Source of the DNA: Selaginella moellendorffii
Lineage: Eukaryota > Plantae > Lycopodiophyta
Reading direction: 5' to 3'
DNA length: 64,000 nt
NCBI RefSeq assembly: GCF_000143415.4
Contig: NW_003314326.1
Location: forward strand, 879,609 to 943,608
Positions 50,852 to 62,299 of the stretch are shown here, one piece after another. The stretch's first letter is position 1; the number at the start of each line of letters is the position of its first letter. A program made the position numbers and the translations under genes. The notes under the pieces were generated by a model. That model worked only from the letters and a program-made list of their open reading frames with translations, was not told where the DNA came from and ran no database searches.

Positions 50852-52248
50852 TCAAATGGTGTTGAGAGAACACAAGGTGTCCAGCGGAAGCTTTGGATCG
50901 AAGTAGTTTCCACTCAGTATCTGCCTGGTGATGATCCTGTTCGCGGCCTCGGTGTAGTGAACTCCATCCCAGTTGAGATACTGAGATGGATCCTTGCAAG
51001 TCGTGGACACCACTGACTTGCCATTCACGATCTTCGACTCCCCGCACTGGACCCCGAAGTTGTAGTTGTAATCGCCTCCTGTGCCGCAGCAAGCCCGAGT
51101 CGCGTATTGGAATCCTGGAAACACGAAACGAGAGAATCACTGGAGTTTGTAACTTTGCTCTTACCGTAGCTGGCAGCGTTGAGCGTGAGAGCGTATTTGA
51201 TATCGTAAGAGTTGAGGTAGACAATGGTGGTGCCTGTGAAGGCGGCTCGCATGAGTCTCGAGGCCTTTCGAAGGAGCCCGTTGTAGTACTGCGTCACCGC
51301 GTTGAACTCTCGAGCGCATCCGGCCGAGTCGTAAGTCACTGCCAAGTTTGGGAAATTGGTGAGGAAGTATGGGACGCAGCCTTGCGGGCCGACGTCGGAG
51401 ATGATGAACGTCTTGCCTCCTTCGGCATACACTCCCTGGATGAAAGAACAAAAGGGAAGAAGCTATCAACGCATTGAATGGATTACCTTCACGAGGAAGA
51501 TGATCCCGTCCACCACTTGATGGATGTACCCCTTGACTTGATCGAACGTCATGTTCCTCGTGTAGCCGTAGCTAAAATCATTCCCACCAATGTCCACATA
51601 GTAGATGGCTCTGGAGAAGACGCTCGGCGAGGGAAGAGCATTCAGATTTCTTGTTCCTGGCAAAGAAAGCATCCGTCAGATTTCTATCCAGCTGAGGCTC
51701 ACTGTCACTACCATTGCTCGCAAGGACTCTCTGCTTGAATTCCCTGAACTGGTTGAGCTGAACGTTGAGTGAGAAGGGGCTGATGTATGTCACGGCCTGC
51801 GATGTAGCTCCGGCTGTTGCGAAGTTGACACCATAGGTGTAATTCGATCCAACAGACTGGAAGTAAGGACTGAGGTAGGGAATCCCAAGAGCTTCAGCTG
51901 AAATCCACATGTAACAGAACACCACCATCAGATCGAAACGAAACGAAACGAAACGAAATCTAGAAGCGAAAACTTACAGAGGAAATCAACACCGAGCCGA
52001 CCATCGCTGTATCTTAGAAACGGCTTCCCAGGGAACGTCATGCCATAAGGAGCAAACTCCGCCTGGCTGAAGGTCGGGAATGCCGCCTGGATTCCTCCAG
52101 TATCCGAGGTCGAGTCTCCAAAGTTGAAGAGCGCAGGGAAAGTAGCACACTCCGATGCCACTCTCGAGATTTGGCCAAGCGACACGAGCGCAACGATCAC
52201 GACTGGAATAAGCGTGCTCTCCATTCTGACCGCTCTCATCCTTGGCAT
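50852..52248 (-). CDS. GDSL esterase/lipase (SGNH), multi-exon
   Basis: Signal peptide, then FNFGDSTSDTGG, RYSDGRL..DF, GVNFATAGA, IGGNDF, GPQGCVP, ACCG.GG.YN, WDGVHYTEAAN. Start at 52248 or 52224. Confidence 0.95.
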
Positions 52249-52687
52249 CGGACAAAACTGGCTAAATGGTCCTCCCCTGCCAGCATCGCTAGCTGTGAAG
52301 AAAGAAGAGACAAGAAGTTAGAGTTGTATATCTAGAACACCCGGTGCTTTACCCGTACCGAGCAGTAAACCTCGGTGATCCAGTGGCGGATTCCGATGGT
52401 TAGGTGGAGAATTCGTTCTTTATTCAAGACGACGAGAGCCACGGTGATGGTATCTGCACAGAAGCACGAGTATCATCAAAGCGCGGAGCTTGAAAAACTT
52501 ATTTTCCATACATTACCTTAAGAAGCAGCCTTGATGATTGCAAATCACGAGGAGCACGTAGACTTTGTTGCTGCTGGCTGGCCGCATAAAGCTACTGAGA
52601 TTTCTCCAATCCAGCTTCCAAGAGTCAAGCGAAAAAAGCCGAGCGACATGCTTTCCCGGAAAGCAAGCGAAGCAGCTCTTCAGCTTT

Positions 52688-54472
52688 TTAAGCACCACCT
52701 CTCGACTCCCTCTGTGCTGTTTCCCTGTCGACAGATTTCCTCAGCTCTTTCCAATGCCTGATGACTTCCCACGGAGGTGTCGGGCTCGGCCTCTTGAAAA
52801 AGTCGTGCTTCATCGACAACACCTGCTTGCGGCTCGGGAAAGGCCGCTTCACCACCGTCCCATCCTCCTCGTCAACTTTGATGATCAGATCCTTGGTGTA
52901 GTTCTCTATAGTCCATGGCAGCGTCTTTTGGTGCTTGCCTGTGATGGTGAGCAGGCACGAGTACCTCAGGTGGTAGTTCACCAGCAGCCTCACTTGAGGA
53001 AGATTGTTGGCACACCTGTAGTACTTGAGGATGCTCAGCGCAACGTGAGCGTACAGCAGCACAATCCCCTCGTCGGTCATGTTGAACATATTCCCGACGT
53101 GAGTTTCCTTTCCTCGCTTGAAAAACCCGGCTTCCTCCAGTAGCTTCTTGAGCTCGTCGATTGGAGCAAGCAGGTCCACGCTCGAGAACCACGTATTCCC
53201 CGTCCACATGTTCTGTATCAGCTTTGCATCGACTTTACGACTCTTGCGCGCGTCCGCTTCCGCTCGCAGGACTTTCTGGTAAAACCCTCTCAAAGTCCTG
53301 TCGATGTCCAGCGAAGCTTTCATGACCTTCGGCGGTAAAGCTCGGCTGGCCAGCTCGTTCAGCAGAGTCGAGCTTGGCCTGGGGTGGTAGGCGTCCTTGT
53401 ACTTGGACTCTTTGATCATCTGCTTCAGAGCTCCCAGAATCTTGACGGAGTTCGTTTGCAGCCCCCTGATCTCGCTGCCGGTTGCCTTGTTTGAGATCTC
53501 CATCCTCATGCGCTCCCAGTGGAGATCATCCTCGAGTTTCGCGTCGATCCTGATCTGCTCGGATCTGATACCGGGAGGACACATCCCTTTCTGCATGCTG
53601 TCGTCGAAGCTTTCCTTCAAAGTTATCCCGATGGCGTGTGAAACCGCATGTTGAAACTGCCGGTTGATGCGATCGATGTGCTCCATCCGGGTCTGGATAA
53701 GAATCTTGCAGGCTCTCTTCAGCCTCTGGAGATGAACCTCACCCCTGAAGCTCTCCGGCTGGAGTACAGGCTTGTAAGAAACTCCAAATCCCAAGTAGTC
53801 CACCTTTCGAGTGTAGTGCCTAATACCAGAGCGGAGTGAATCCACTATCAGGCCCTGCTCGGACTCCACAAAACTGGAAACTTTGTTGTAAAACTCCTGG
53901 CAAGCCACTCGATCAGTGCCGCTGTAGCCAACTAGCAAATTTCCTGCGTGCCTCACGTACTGTTTTCTCTGTTTCTTCTTTGCTGCGTCTGCGTCTGTGC
54001 CTTGGAGGTTTTCGAGCTCCTGCCGGACGAAGCTGTCAACTCGATGCAAGCAGATGTTGGTCCACAAGAACGAAAGGCCCTTGCTCAGGATCGATCCATC
54101 ATGCTTGACGGGCGTTTTCCACTGGAGCTCGAGATGCCTGTAGTCCACCATCTGTTGCAGAAGCTCTACGAGTGCACCATCGTTCACGAAAGCTTTCACA
54201 GCTCCTGATGCCTCACTGCTTCTGTCGGCCTTGACATCCCTCACCGTCAGCTTGACGAAGAAAGAAACGTCTCTCCAGTGACGCAAATCTTGCAGAGCTG
54301 TGTGAAACCCGCGGCCAGGCCGGAACGAGTGGCAGCTGGGCAGGAACAAGTCCTCGAACACCCTCTGGAGCACCAAGAAAACCGCCTCCTTGACAACTCT
54401 GCCATCGAAGCCGGGAGAGTGCCGGCGAAGGATGATGTGCTCGTCGTGTGGAAACTTGCCTTTGGGTGCCAT
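52688..54472 (-). CDS. Free-standing group II intron maturase-like protein (degenerate RT + domain X); nuclear maturase candidate
   Basis: 594-aa ORF with RVVKEAVFLVLQRVFEDLF..SCHSFRPGRGFHTAL (RT2), GSILSKGLSFLWTNICLHRVDSFV (RT4), YVRHAGNLLVG (RT5; YADD replaced) and VDYLGF (RT7). Domain X: LLAPIDELKKLLEEAGF...SILKYYRCANN...LRYSCLLTITGKHQ. The 5' end is uncertain. Confidence 0.88.
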   Translation of the reverse strand: MAPKGKFPHDEHIILRRHSPGFDGRVVKEAVFLVLQRVFEDLFLPSCHSFRPGRGFHTALQDLRHWRDVSFFVKLTVRDVKADRSSEASGAVKAFVNDGALVELLQQMVDYRHLELQWKTPVKHDGSILSKGLSFLWTNICLHRVDSFVRQELENLQGTDADAAKKKQRKQYVRHAGNLLVGYSGTDRVACQEFYNKVSSFVESEQGLIVDSLRSGIRHYTRKVDYLGFGVSYKPVLQPESFRGEVHLQRLKRACKILIQTRMEHIDRINRQFQHAVSHAIGITLKESFDDSMQKGMCPPGIRSEQIRIDAKLEDDLHWERMRMEISNKATGSEIRGLQTNSVKILGALKQMIKESKYKDAYHPRPSSTLLNELASRALPPKVMKASLDIDRTLRGFYQKVLRAEADARKSRKVDAKLIQNMWTGNTWFSSVDLLAPIDELKKLLEEAGFFKRGKETHVGNMFNMTDEGIVLLYAHVALSILKYYRCANNLPQVRLLVNYHLRYSCLLTITGKHQKTLPWTIENYTKDLIIKVDEEDGTVVKRPFPSRKQVLSMKHDFFKRPSPTPPWEVIRHWKELRKSVDRETAQRESRGGA

Positions 54473-54919
54473 ACACAGATGCCGTGTTCTTAGTGTAGAG
54501 CAAGCGCTGCAGCATTGCGTCCTGGCCTGCGCAACAAGATGGCAAAACCTGAGGAGAGCAACTAGAAAAGAATGAGAATGTTACTCACTTGTAAACGCCT
54601 CCATCCGGAGAGCATTGCCCTTTAAACCCTAAACCCAGAACGAACGAAAGTGTCTAAGAACTTTACCTCACTGAGGTTCCTGGAGATGCTCAGCGAGCTA
54701 GAATCAGTTTCTGGAAGTATAAGAAAGAGTTGATTCCTTAGTTCCAAGCAATCCAGTTCCCAATAAAAGTAGCTTCCACAGTCCGTGCGAATTCCTTTCC
54801 ATCACCACAGGCGTCCATAGTTCTCAGCTTTCCTCCTCTTCTTCGTCCCTTACCTCAAGCTATCCCTGTCCAAGGCGTCCTGCTCTACCCGCTGGCCGGC
54901 CGCTACAAGCTTCTTCCCC

Positions 54920-56030
54920 ACTGCTGCTGGAGGTGGACCAGATCTATCACCTTGCGTGCCCAGCTTACCCCGTGAAGACGATCATATCTTTTCTTGGCAA
55001 TCTTTTCTTTTGCTTCTTGCTCTTGTTTGCTGCTTGCCCGCGGCCCGGTTTGGTTTTTGTTTTTGGTGTTGTTGCTCGTCCCTTGGTTTGTCCTCGACTT
55101 AGGCATTTACAAGACCAACGTGATGGGAACCTTTCACATGCTCGGGTTGGCCAAGCGTGTTGGTGCTCGTTTTCTTCTCACAAGTACCAGTGAAGTTTAC
55201 GGAGATCCGATCGAGCACCCGCAGAAGGAGGACTATTGGTAAGATCGATGTTTCGGTTCTGCTTATTCACTTGTTCTTCGTAAGTAGTGACTTCTAACTT
55301 GGTTTTGGTACTTGCGTTATTAATGTAGGTGTTCGGAGTTGCTATGATGAAGGCAAGCGTGTTGCTGAGACGCTGACCATGGATTATCACAGGGATGATA
55401 GTGTCCATGTAAGATATAACTAAGCATGATCTTTTTTTTTTTTGTGGTGAGATTACAACTTGCGCAATCACTGATGATCAGGTGAGGATTGCCCGAATTT
55501 TGGTCCACGAATGTGCATCGATGATGGCCGCGTAGTGAGCAATTTCGTTGCACAGGTAAGAAGGCTCTTTCTGCTCATACCTTGTAATTCACAACAGCTT
55601 TGAACTTAGGCTCTACGTAAGGAGGCCATGACTGTTTACATGGAAAGCAAACTTGGAGCTTTCAATGTGTCAGATCTGGTACCTTGCGTTTTTTTCTTCG
55701 ACCGAAGCTTACACGTTTAGCATGCAGCTTATCAGCTTAATGGAAGGTGAGCACATCGGACAATCCCGGAGAGTTCACCATGTTGGAACTTGCACAGGTA
55801 CGTCCAAATTTCCACGCCATCGTTTGCAATCGAAAACCATGCCACAGGTGATACGAGAGACGATTGATCCAGAGGCAAAGATATAGAGTTCCGGAACAAC
55901 ACGGAGGACGATCCACACAAGAGGAAGCCAGACATCACCAAAGCCAAGAAACTCCTTGGCTGAAAGCCCAAAATCTCCCTGGGGGAAGGGCTGCCTCTCA
56001 TGGTGGAGAACTTAGGCGGCGAGTGTTTAA
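54920..56030 (+). pseudogene. UXS: UDP-glucuronate decarboxylase (UDP-xylose synthase) pseudogene
   Basis: Exon remnants [111 protein letters not shown]. Several micro-deletions and frameshifts, a TGA at about 55961, and no N-terminal NAD-binding motif found. Confidence 0.9.
54984..55110 (+). other. U12-type AT-AC intron
   Basis: Splits ...PVKTI|KTNV... exactly. 5' end ATATCTTT, branch-like TCCTCGAC at 55091-55098, 3' end TTTAC. Confidence 0.85.
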
Positions 56031-57429
56031 TGGTGAGAACTCGAGGTAAAAGAGGCCACGGTTTTTGGAACAGGAGAGTTACAACAAGGCAGGCTTGCAG
56101 GCTGTCCTGTACACCTATCGAGCCACAGGAGAGAAAAAACTACAAAAGAAAGAGGCAACACGGAATGGCGGTGAAAAGTTTCCAGCTTCTCAGCAGCTTG
56201 TTTCCATGGTGATATTTTCAATCTAGGAGAGAATAAAGTTTGTTGTTATGATTCTTAGCCAGTAACAGCGATGGTGGTGGTGTATGTTTCACTAGGAATT
56301 TGCCGGAAGAACAGCGAGCTTCCTGTGGTTTTGGAGGATTTTGTCCATGATGTTTGAATTAACAGCCATGAACTACAATGGAAGTTTAACGCTCTCTTTT
56401 CGTACTGTCGGTCCGATGACTAGAGACAAGGTAGTGTCTGCATTGTTTTGTAATTTTTTACTTTGGATCTAGCATCAGCATCGTATGTGCAAGATTTTGA
56501 CACCCCAGTGACGAGACGAGCGACTCATTCATAAATTCTAGATTGTGATGTAAAAAGTCGAGAAGATATTATAAATATATATCGTAAAGGAAATTTTTCA
56601 GATGTGAAATCGAGTGGAATTTTTTCAGCTGTGACACCCTTCTACTCGGACACGATTGGCCCAGGAGCGACCAATTAAAATCGTTGTTCCTTCAGAATTT
56701 CAAAGCCGACTCCAATCGTTAAATTCTTTGCATTGAGCTTTGTTGGTGCTCGTCGTAAAGCTCCAAAGCTCGCTGGTTATCATACCTATATAGGTATGGT
56801 TATCATACCATAGCAATCAAGTGAAAGCGGGTGAGCGAGCATAGGCAGATTGTTCATTGCAAGAAGCCTGCAACGTTCTCTAAAGAAACCGGTGCTCGAC
56901 AACAGAGCAAGGTGCTTGTCAACAACGCTTGAAGAGGTTGAAGACACTTTCCTCGGCTGTAGAGATTGTGATCAAGCTTTTGCTAGGGGCTTCTTCACCT
57001 TGAATTTTCTCCTAAAATCTTGTAAACAGCCGATGTATTTCTGCTGAGATGCTTTGAGGTACCTGAATGTTAAGCTATCAAGAACAGCACTCACAGCTGG
57101 AAATAGTTTAGCACTAAGTATTTACTTTATGTTTTCTTCTCTAGATTTTCATGTTCGAAACAAGTTTTCTTGTCAAAATTTTGATGTTCGGAACCAATTA
57201 TTTTTCTCCAATAAAAAGTTCTGCTACTAGAATAATACTATCAAGGCTCAAAACTAGACTTGTGATGGCATCAGGCTGTGTCATTTAAAAAACGGGAAAA
57301 AATCATTCTCATCCTCAAACTCATGCTTGAGATCTTGAATCTCCCAGCGGCCTTCTCACTGCCTAGACGAAGAAACTCTTTTCTGCATTATAATGATTCT
57401 ATAGAATATGCCTGGTTTAACATAAATAG

Positions 57430-57881
57430 GACAGCACGGATTTTTGTGAAAGCATCTGTGTGCCACAGGTGGAGAGCAGTGATTGACAGTCATGCTGGAG
57501 ATTTCCTCCTCTGGTCCTTGAATACACAAAAGATCAGTTACAGCACCACTACCTTTCAGTAACGACGATGCAACTGTTTTGCCACTGCCAGATCCGGATT
57601 CGGTCCGCTACTGGGAGCCCGTTGCCTCTGCCGGGGGCCTGCTTTGTTTCTCCCACCACTTTCTTGCTGGTGCAAAGTTTGCGGTGTGGAATCCGGCTCA
57701 TTTGTGGTGCTGCCAGGTAAAACACTCATTCGATTTAAAGGGCGCCTATGGTGGTGGAGGCTTTGCGACTGGCGGTGGTGCTTACGGCGGTGGAGGAGGC
57801 GCTTACGGAGGTGGCGACGGTGGTTACAGTGCTGGCTACAGTGGTGGCGGTCAAAGATGGAAGTCTAAAGAAGGGCATTGA
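57430..57881 (+). pseudogene. F-box/F-box-associated gene fragment fused to a glycine-rich segment
   Basis: SVCHRWRAVI (end of an F-box), a frameshift, PVASAGGLLCF...VWNP, then GAYGGGG repeats ending GGGQRW. Confidence 0.6.
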
Positions 57882-58456
57882 CGTGTTTGACTCGTTGACC
57901 TAGTCGTGGCGGCGTCACCAGGGTTGGGTGGAGGGCGGTCAACAGATAGGCTATGACTTGGGATCAAACCGGTGTTGGATCGAGCATGAGAGGAATGTTG
58001 CTCCAGGCTGATAGAATGGAGTTAATCTAGGCTATTGTACAGCATGACAATGGTGATATGATTGTTTTTCTTTGGAACACAGGGTTTGTTTCCAAGGCGT
58101 GGTAGTTTGGAGAGGGTGCACAATTTCAATTATCCTAAAGACTTCTTGTATAGATAACAGTTTTTACTGGGATACAACACAAGTTCCTCTACTTGTGTGC
58201 AACTCATTTCAGCTTTAGGAGCGTAATATCTGATTATAGAAACAAAGTCAGAGAATTAGAATCACCCAAGGAGCGTTTTGTTTTACTTTACTTTGATCTT
58301 GAAGTCCATCTCTTTTTATTTTAAGAAAATTTGTAGAATTTTCTGGCTTAATCAAGTGGTGTTGGTTTGAAAACCTGACGAAAAACTAGCTCTCCCTACT
58401 GGGAACTAAATCAGCTCTGTGGATCCATAGTGTTGTGCCTTTCAACTGTATTATGC

Positions 58457-59257
58457 TCATGGCTTATCCAAGCTAGGTATAAAAAGTTCATAATACTGAG
58501 CAGATTTTAGTTCTACTGTTTGGAAAGTGTCCCAAGTGTCATGAACCAAGTCATATGCCATGTAAACTCCGTGGAACATGAAGCTGCAAATCACCATATT
58601 CCCAACTAAACCGCTAAAATGCAAGGGAGGCCTCCGATTGAAACGTCTCACCCATTCATCGCGGAAAGGGAATTTTGCCACCAGTCTCCGAGGTTCGCAC
58701 TTCCATATATACAGGGTACGTATATCACCAGGTCCAGAGACGGTAGTTGCATAGTCAACTTTGCCCAGATATCTTTTCTTCATCTCTGACCACTCCCCTG
58801 TCTCAGATTTGTAAACCATCACATTGTCACTCTCGTGCCCATAAATCCACAGCGTGTAATTCCGTGTCACTGGATCCACTATAAACTCTTCTTTAGTAGT
58901 TTCTTTGTTGGGAAAAACCTTGCGATGGTTGGTCAAAGGGTTCCATACAAAGAGATCAGAAGGGCTTTCTGACAACCATCCGGCAATCAATCCATTTGAT
59001 GCTATAGCAGGCAATGAGCGACATATTTGATCGTACCCAATGTTTAATTTGAAGCTAGGCTGTGATCTGGAGAATGGGAACCATACCTCCGTACTGCTTG
59101 TAAAGAACACCATGACCGCCGGCTGATCGCCATAAAACCGGGAGAAGTTGTGGGAGATGAGAGAATCCCATGCTTTGCACACAAGCCTACAACGAAGAAG
59201 ACTTCGGAGATCAAGATGGCAGAATATTTCCCACAGCATCCATCCAGAAAGCTCCAT
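58457..59257 (-). CDS. F-box protein with F-box-associated region, intronless
   Basis: MELSGWMLWEIFCHLDLRSLLRCRLVCKAWDSLI (F-box), ASNGLI, LFVWNPLT, VYKSETGEW. The ORF extends to 59410, but the start at 59257 is preferred. Confidence 0.88.
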   Translation of the reverse strand: MELSGWMLWEIFCHLDLRSLLRCRLVCKAWDSLISHNFSRFYGDQPAVMVFFTSSTEVWFPFSRSQPSFKLNIGYDQICRSLPAIASNGLIAGWLSESPSDLFVWNPLTNHRKVFPNKETTKEEFIVDPVTRNYTLWIYGHESDNVMVYKSETGEWSEMKKRYLGKVDYATTVSGPGDIRTLYIWKCEPRRLVAKFPFRDEWVRRFNRRPPLHFSGLVGNMVICSFMFHGVYMAYDLVHDTWDTFQTVELKSAQYYELFIPSLDKP

Positions 59258-60079
59258 TGGATTGGAGTACCCTAGAGCAAATGTTAGACGTGTCGAGATG
59301 TCAGTCTCGATCAGCTGACGTGGCATGTCCACGTGGTCATGAGTCATGTCCCTTGAGTCATGTAAAAAGAGTCGGAACACAATGAACGAGCTCATGAGTG
59401 TCATGTCCATCCCTTTTCACATCACAACGAGACGTTGGAAGTAAATCAAGCCAGGGGAGGCTTTGACATTGAAAGATGAAAAGCAGCAATCCTTAAGCGA
59501 TTTGCACATACTTCTCGAGCGTGACTGAGCCAACGAGATCGTTTTGGAGGCTCGCCCAGCCAAAGTGGGACGAGTTGCCATGAGCTCACGTGGACTTAAG
59601 AACACACTGCTGCGAGAAAGAAATAACATAGTCTTCCATTCTCACAGTAACAATCAAGTCAGCTAAGTATCTTGAATTATAGGTTACGTTGTTCCTTGCA
59701 GCCAGACTGTGATTTATACAGGAAGCGTAGAAGCACAGTTCGATCTGCCGCGAGTGGACGAGAGTCTGGTCGCGCAAAACCAGTTAGAAAAACCCGAGCA
59801 AGATGGGCTTTTGAGTTTCTGTTCAAGCATTTGAACACGAAGAGAGAGTTTGTACGAACGCCTCCAAGAACAGATTCTCTTGATAAGAGAAAACTAACAA
59901 GGCGAGCCTGATTTGTGTTTGGAACCACGCTGGATGGAGATCCGCTAGGGGATACGTCGCGGGCGTGCTGCTGCTGTGGCCAACGTCAACGATCATCTTC
60001 TTTTAGGCGCAAGAGAAGACGAGCCAGAAAAGAATCACCACAAAAGCGTTTGCATTGATCAAACTGCATTGCTCCACAC

Positions 60080-60665
60080 TCAATGTAGCTCCACCTCAAG
60101 TAGAAAGTCGTACACTCCCAGCTTGCTGAGCGTTACCATGCGTCCAGCTTCAAGGTGGAGATGATCTACCACAGGCTTCCAATTGAGAAAGTAATTGCTC
60201 CTTCCCGCTTGGAATCTCATGCCGAGTGTCCACTCGAAGTTCCCATGGTGCAGTTTCACGTCTTTCGCCACAGCCTCGCCTTGGTCGATGGCCTCGTCGT
60301 CTTCTTCTTCCGTGAAGAAACATGTGTAATTCTTGGGTATGGTGAGGCGATTTTGCTGACTAACATCCGTGGCCGTGAGGCGTTTCGAAAACCTGCAAGA
60401 AAAATGGATGATCAAGTGCCTAGAAGAAAGAATGAAAGAATGGAATGAAAGAAACACAAGCACAAATGAAAGAAAGAATGAAAGCATGGATGATGAACAA
60501 ACGAGAAAGAAGCTCGCTTTACCTCTGACCTCCAGCTCCTGGCACAGCTCCAGCTCTCAGCGCACCATCTCCCGGCGCAGCTCCAGCTCTCAGCGCATCA
60601 TCTACCGGCGCAGCTCCAGCTCCCGGTCCCGGAGCAGCTCGAAACCGCCTAACGCATCCAGACAT
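60080..60665 (-). CDS. Small B3 DNA-binding-domain protein, 2 exons (60665-60523, 60392-60080), about 151 aa
   Basis: FSKRLTATDVSQQNRLTIPK...W.L.MRF....NYFLNWKPVVDHLHLEAGRMVTL (B3). A phase-2 GT-AG intron joins an upstream exon MSGCVRRFRAAPGPGAGAAPVDDALRAG... Confidence 0.8.
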
Positions 60666-62164
60666 TCATGAAAGGCGACCTCAAATTTCAAAAGAGAAAG
60701 AAAGCGATCTCGAAATCTACCGATTCCGTGGCTGCTCTTCCTCATTCTGGGCTCCATTGCCAGCTCCAGAGCCTCGAGATCTCTTCCCTCTTGCCCTGGA
60801 ACCATGGAATTACACATCAAGATTCAAGAACAAGCTAATGCTCTCTCAATCTGTCAATGCTGATGATTCCAAGTAGCGAAATTTCGATCCTTTGTACCTC
60901 GATGCTTCTTGATTCTTTGCCATGGCAAGGAAAACCCTAGCTCTGGATGGAAAGGAGAGCTCAAATCAATCGCGACGCGCTCATACCTTGCATGTAATAT
61001 TCCAAAGAATCCTTTTGAACATGATGGCGGAATGGGCCCACCCGACAGCATTAGAGCTTTCATTTCCCACGTCCTGCCCGCGGGTATTTGAGAGGACGCT
61101 CTAGACCGGGCGCTCCCGCGAAAGAACGACAAACAGTACGGCATCTGCACGGATGAAAAGTGAAATACGAAAGTCTTGAACCGGCACGGTACGGACCACT
61201 GAACCAGCGGCCAGGATTGGCCCACGGTTTGGACCATAGAACCAACGGCCACGATTTCCTCATGGATTACGTGAGGAAGAAAAATGGAATCACTAGCAGC
61301 GGGATGGAATCTCCACGTGGTGAGTTGGTTTAGCAGCAGCCGAGTCCATCAAATTCTCAGGATTGTGAGGGCATTGTTCAATCACTCATCCTCAGCTCCA
61401 GCAGGATGAGCTGGGATTTTTCGAACTTCTTCTGCACAGCAGTGGAGTTTCACCCATAGTTTCACAGGTCCATGCCTTGTTTTTGTGTGGCTTTTGCTCC
61501 AGCTCCACACCAACAGCCGAACTGTTAAATGGCTTGCCGATCGTGATATCCGGGTGGCAATGACACAATGGAGAAGCTCGTGCACTTCTCACTCGAGAAC
61601 GTCATGCTCATGGAGCCCCCGTCCCAACAGGCAATCAGCCTGGTTGGAGCGGCTGGCAAGAACCAAGTGGAAAGGCATTGATCTACATTGTAAAGGTAAG
61701 CTATTGGATACAATTTTTTTCCCTTTTTCTTTTATGTTTGAGATTTAGGAATGTGTGGAAGAGATGGACATTATTTTGAGAGAATCTTGGAGAAAACTTT
61801 GAAATACCATACTCTGAGTAAATAATGTCAAATGCAATTCAACCCATTTGAAGTCAATACTAATGTATTGACACAATACCATCTACTTTGAAGGAAAACT
61901 AAATCTCTTAAAGATTCAGATCTACAGTGCCCAGGTTCCTCAGAATGAGTCAAGAATTAAAAATCTATTCTATGCTAAAGGAATATAATTTGAAAATTTG
62001 TATTTAATACAATAAAATAACTGTACTTTTAATATGAGGTAAAGATGTTTTGAAGTTTTATTCAGATATACCATGTCTAGAAATTTTTCTCAATCTCTTA
62101 TTGAGATTAGTATGGAAAAAATGTCAATTTATTTACATATAATTTCCACTTATGAGTATTATTA

Positions 62165-62168
<4 letters not shown>

Positions 62169-62205
<37 letters not shown>
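62169..62205. repeat. (TA)n microsatellite
   Basis: Visible dinucleotide run. Confidence 0.95.
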
Positions 62206-62208
<3 letters not shown>

Positions 62209-62299
62209 TAATAATTGTTGAGTGTGCCACCTCAAGAAAGTTGCCGAAGACCTCTCAACCTGATTCTCTGTTGATGATGACTATCTGCTCATCACAGGA

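Noticed and set aside
61330-61700. Exon-like segment ending AAAG|GTAAG, with weak GRAS-like resemblance
   Set aside because: Frameshifted, and the similarity is too weak to call.
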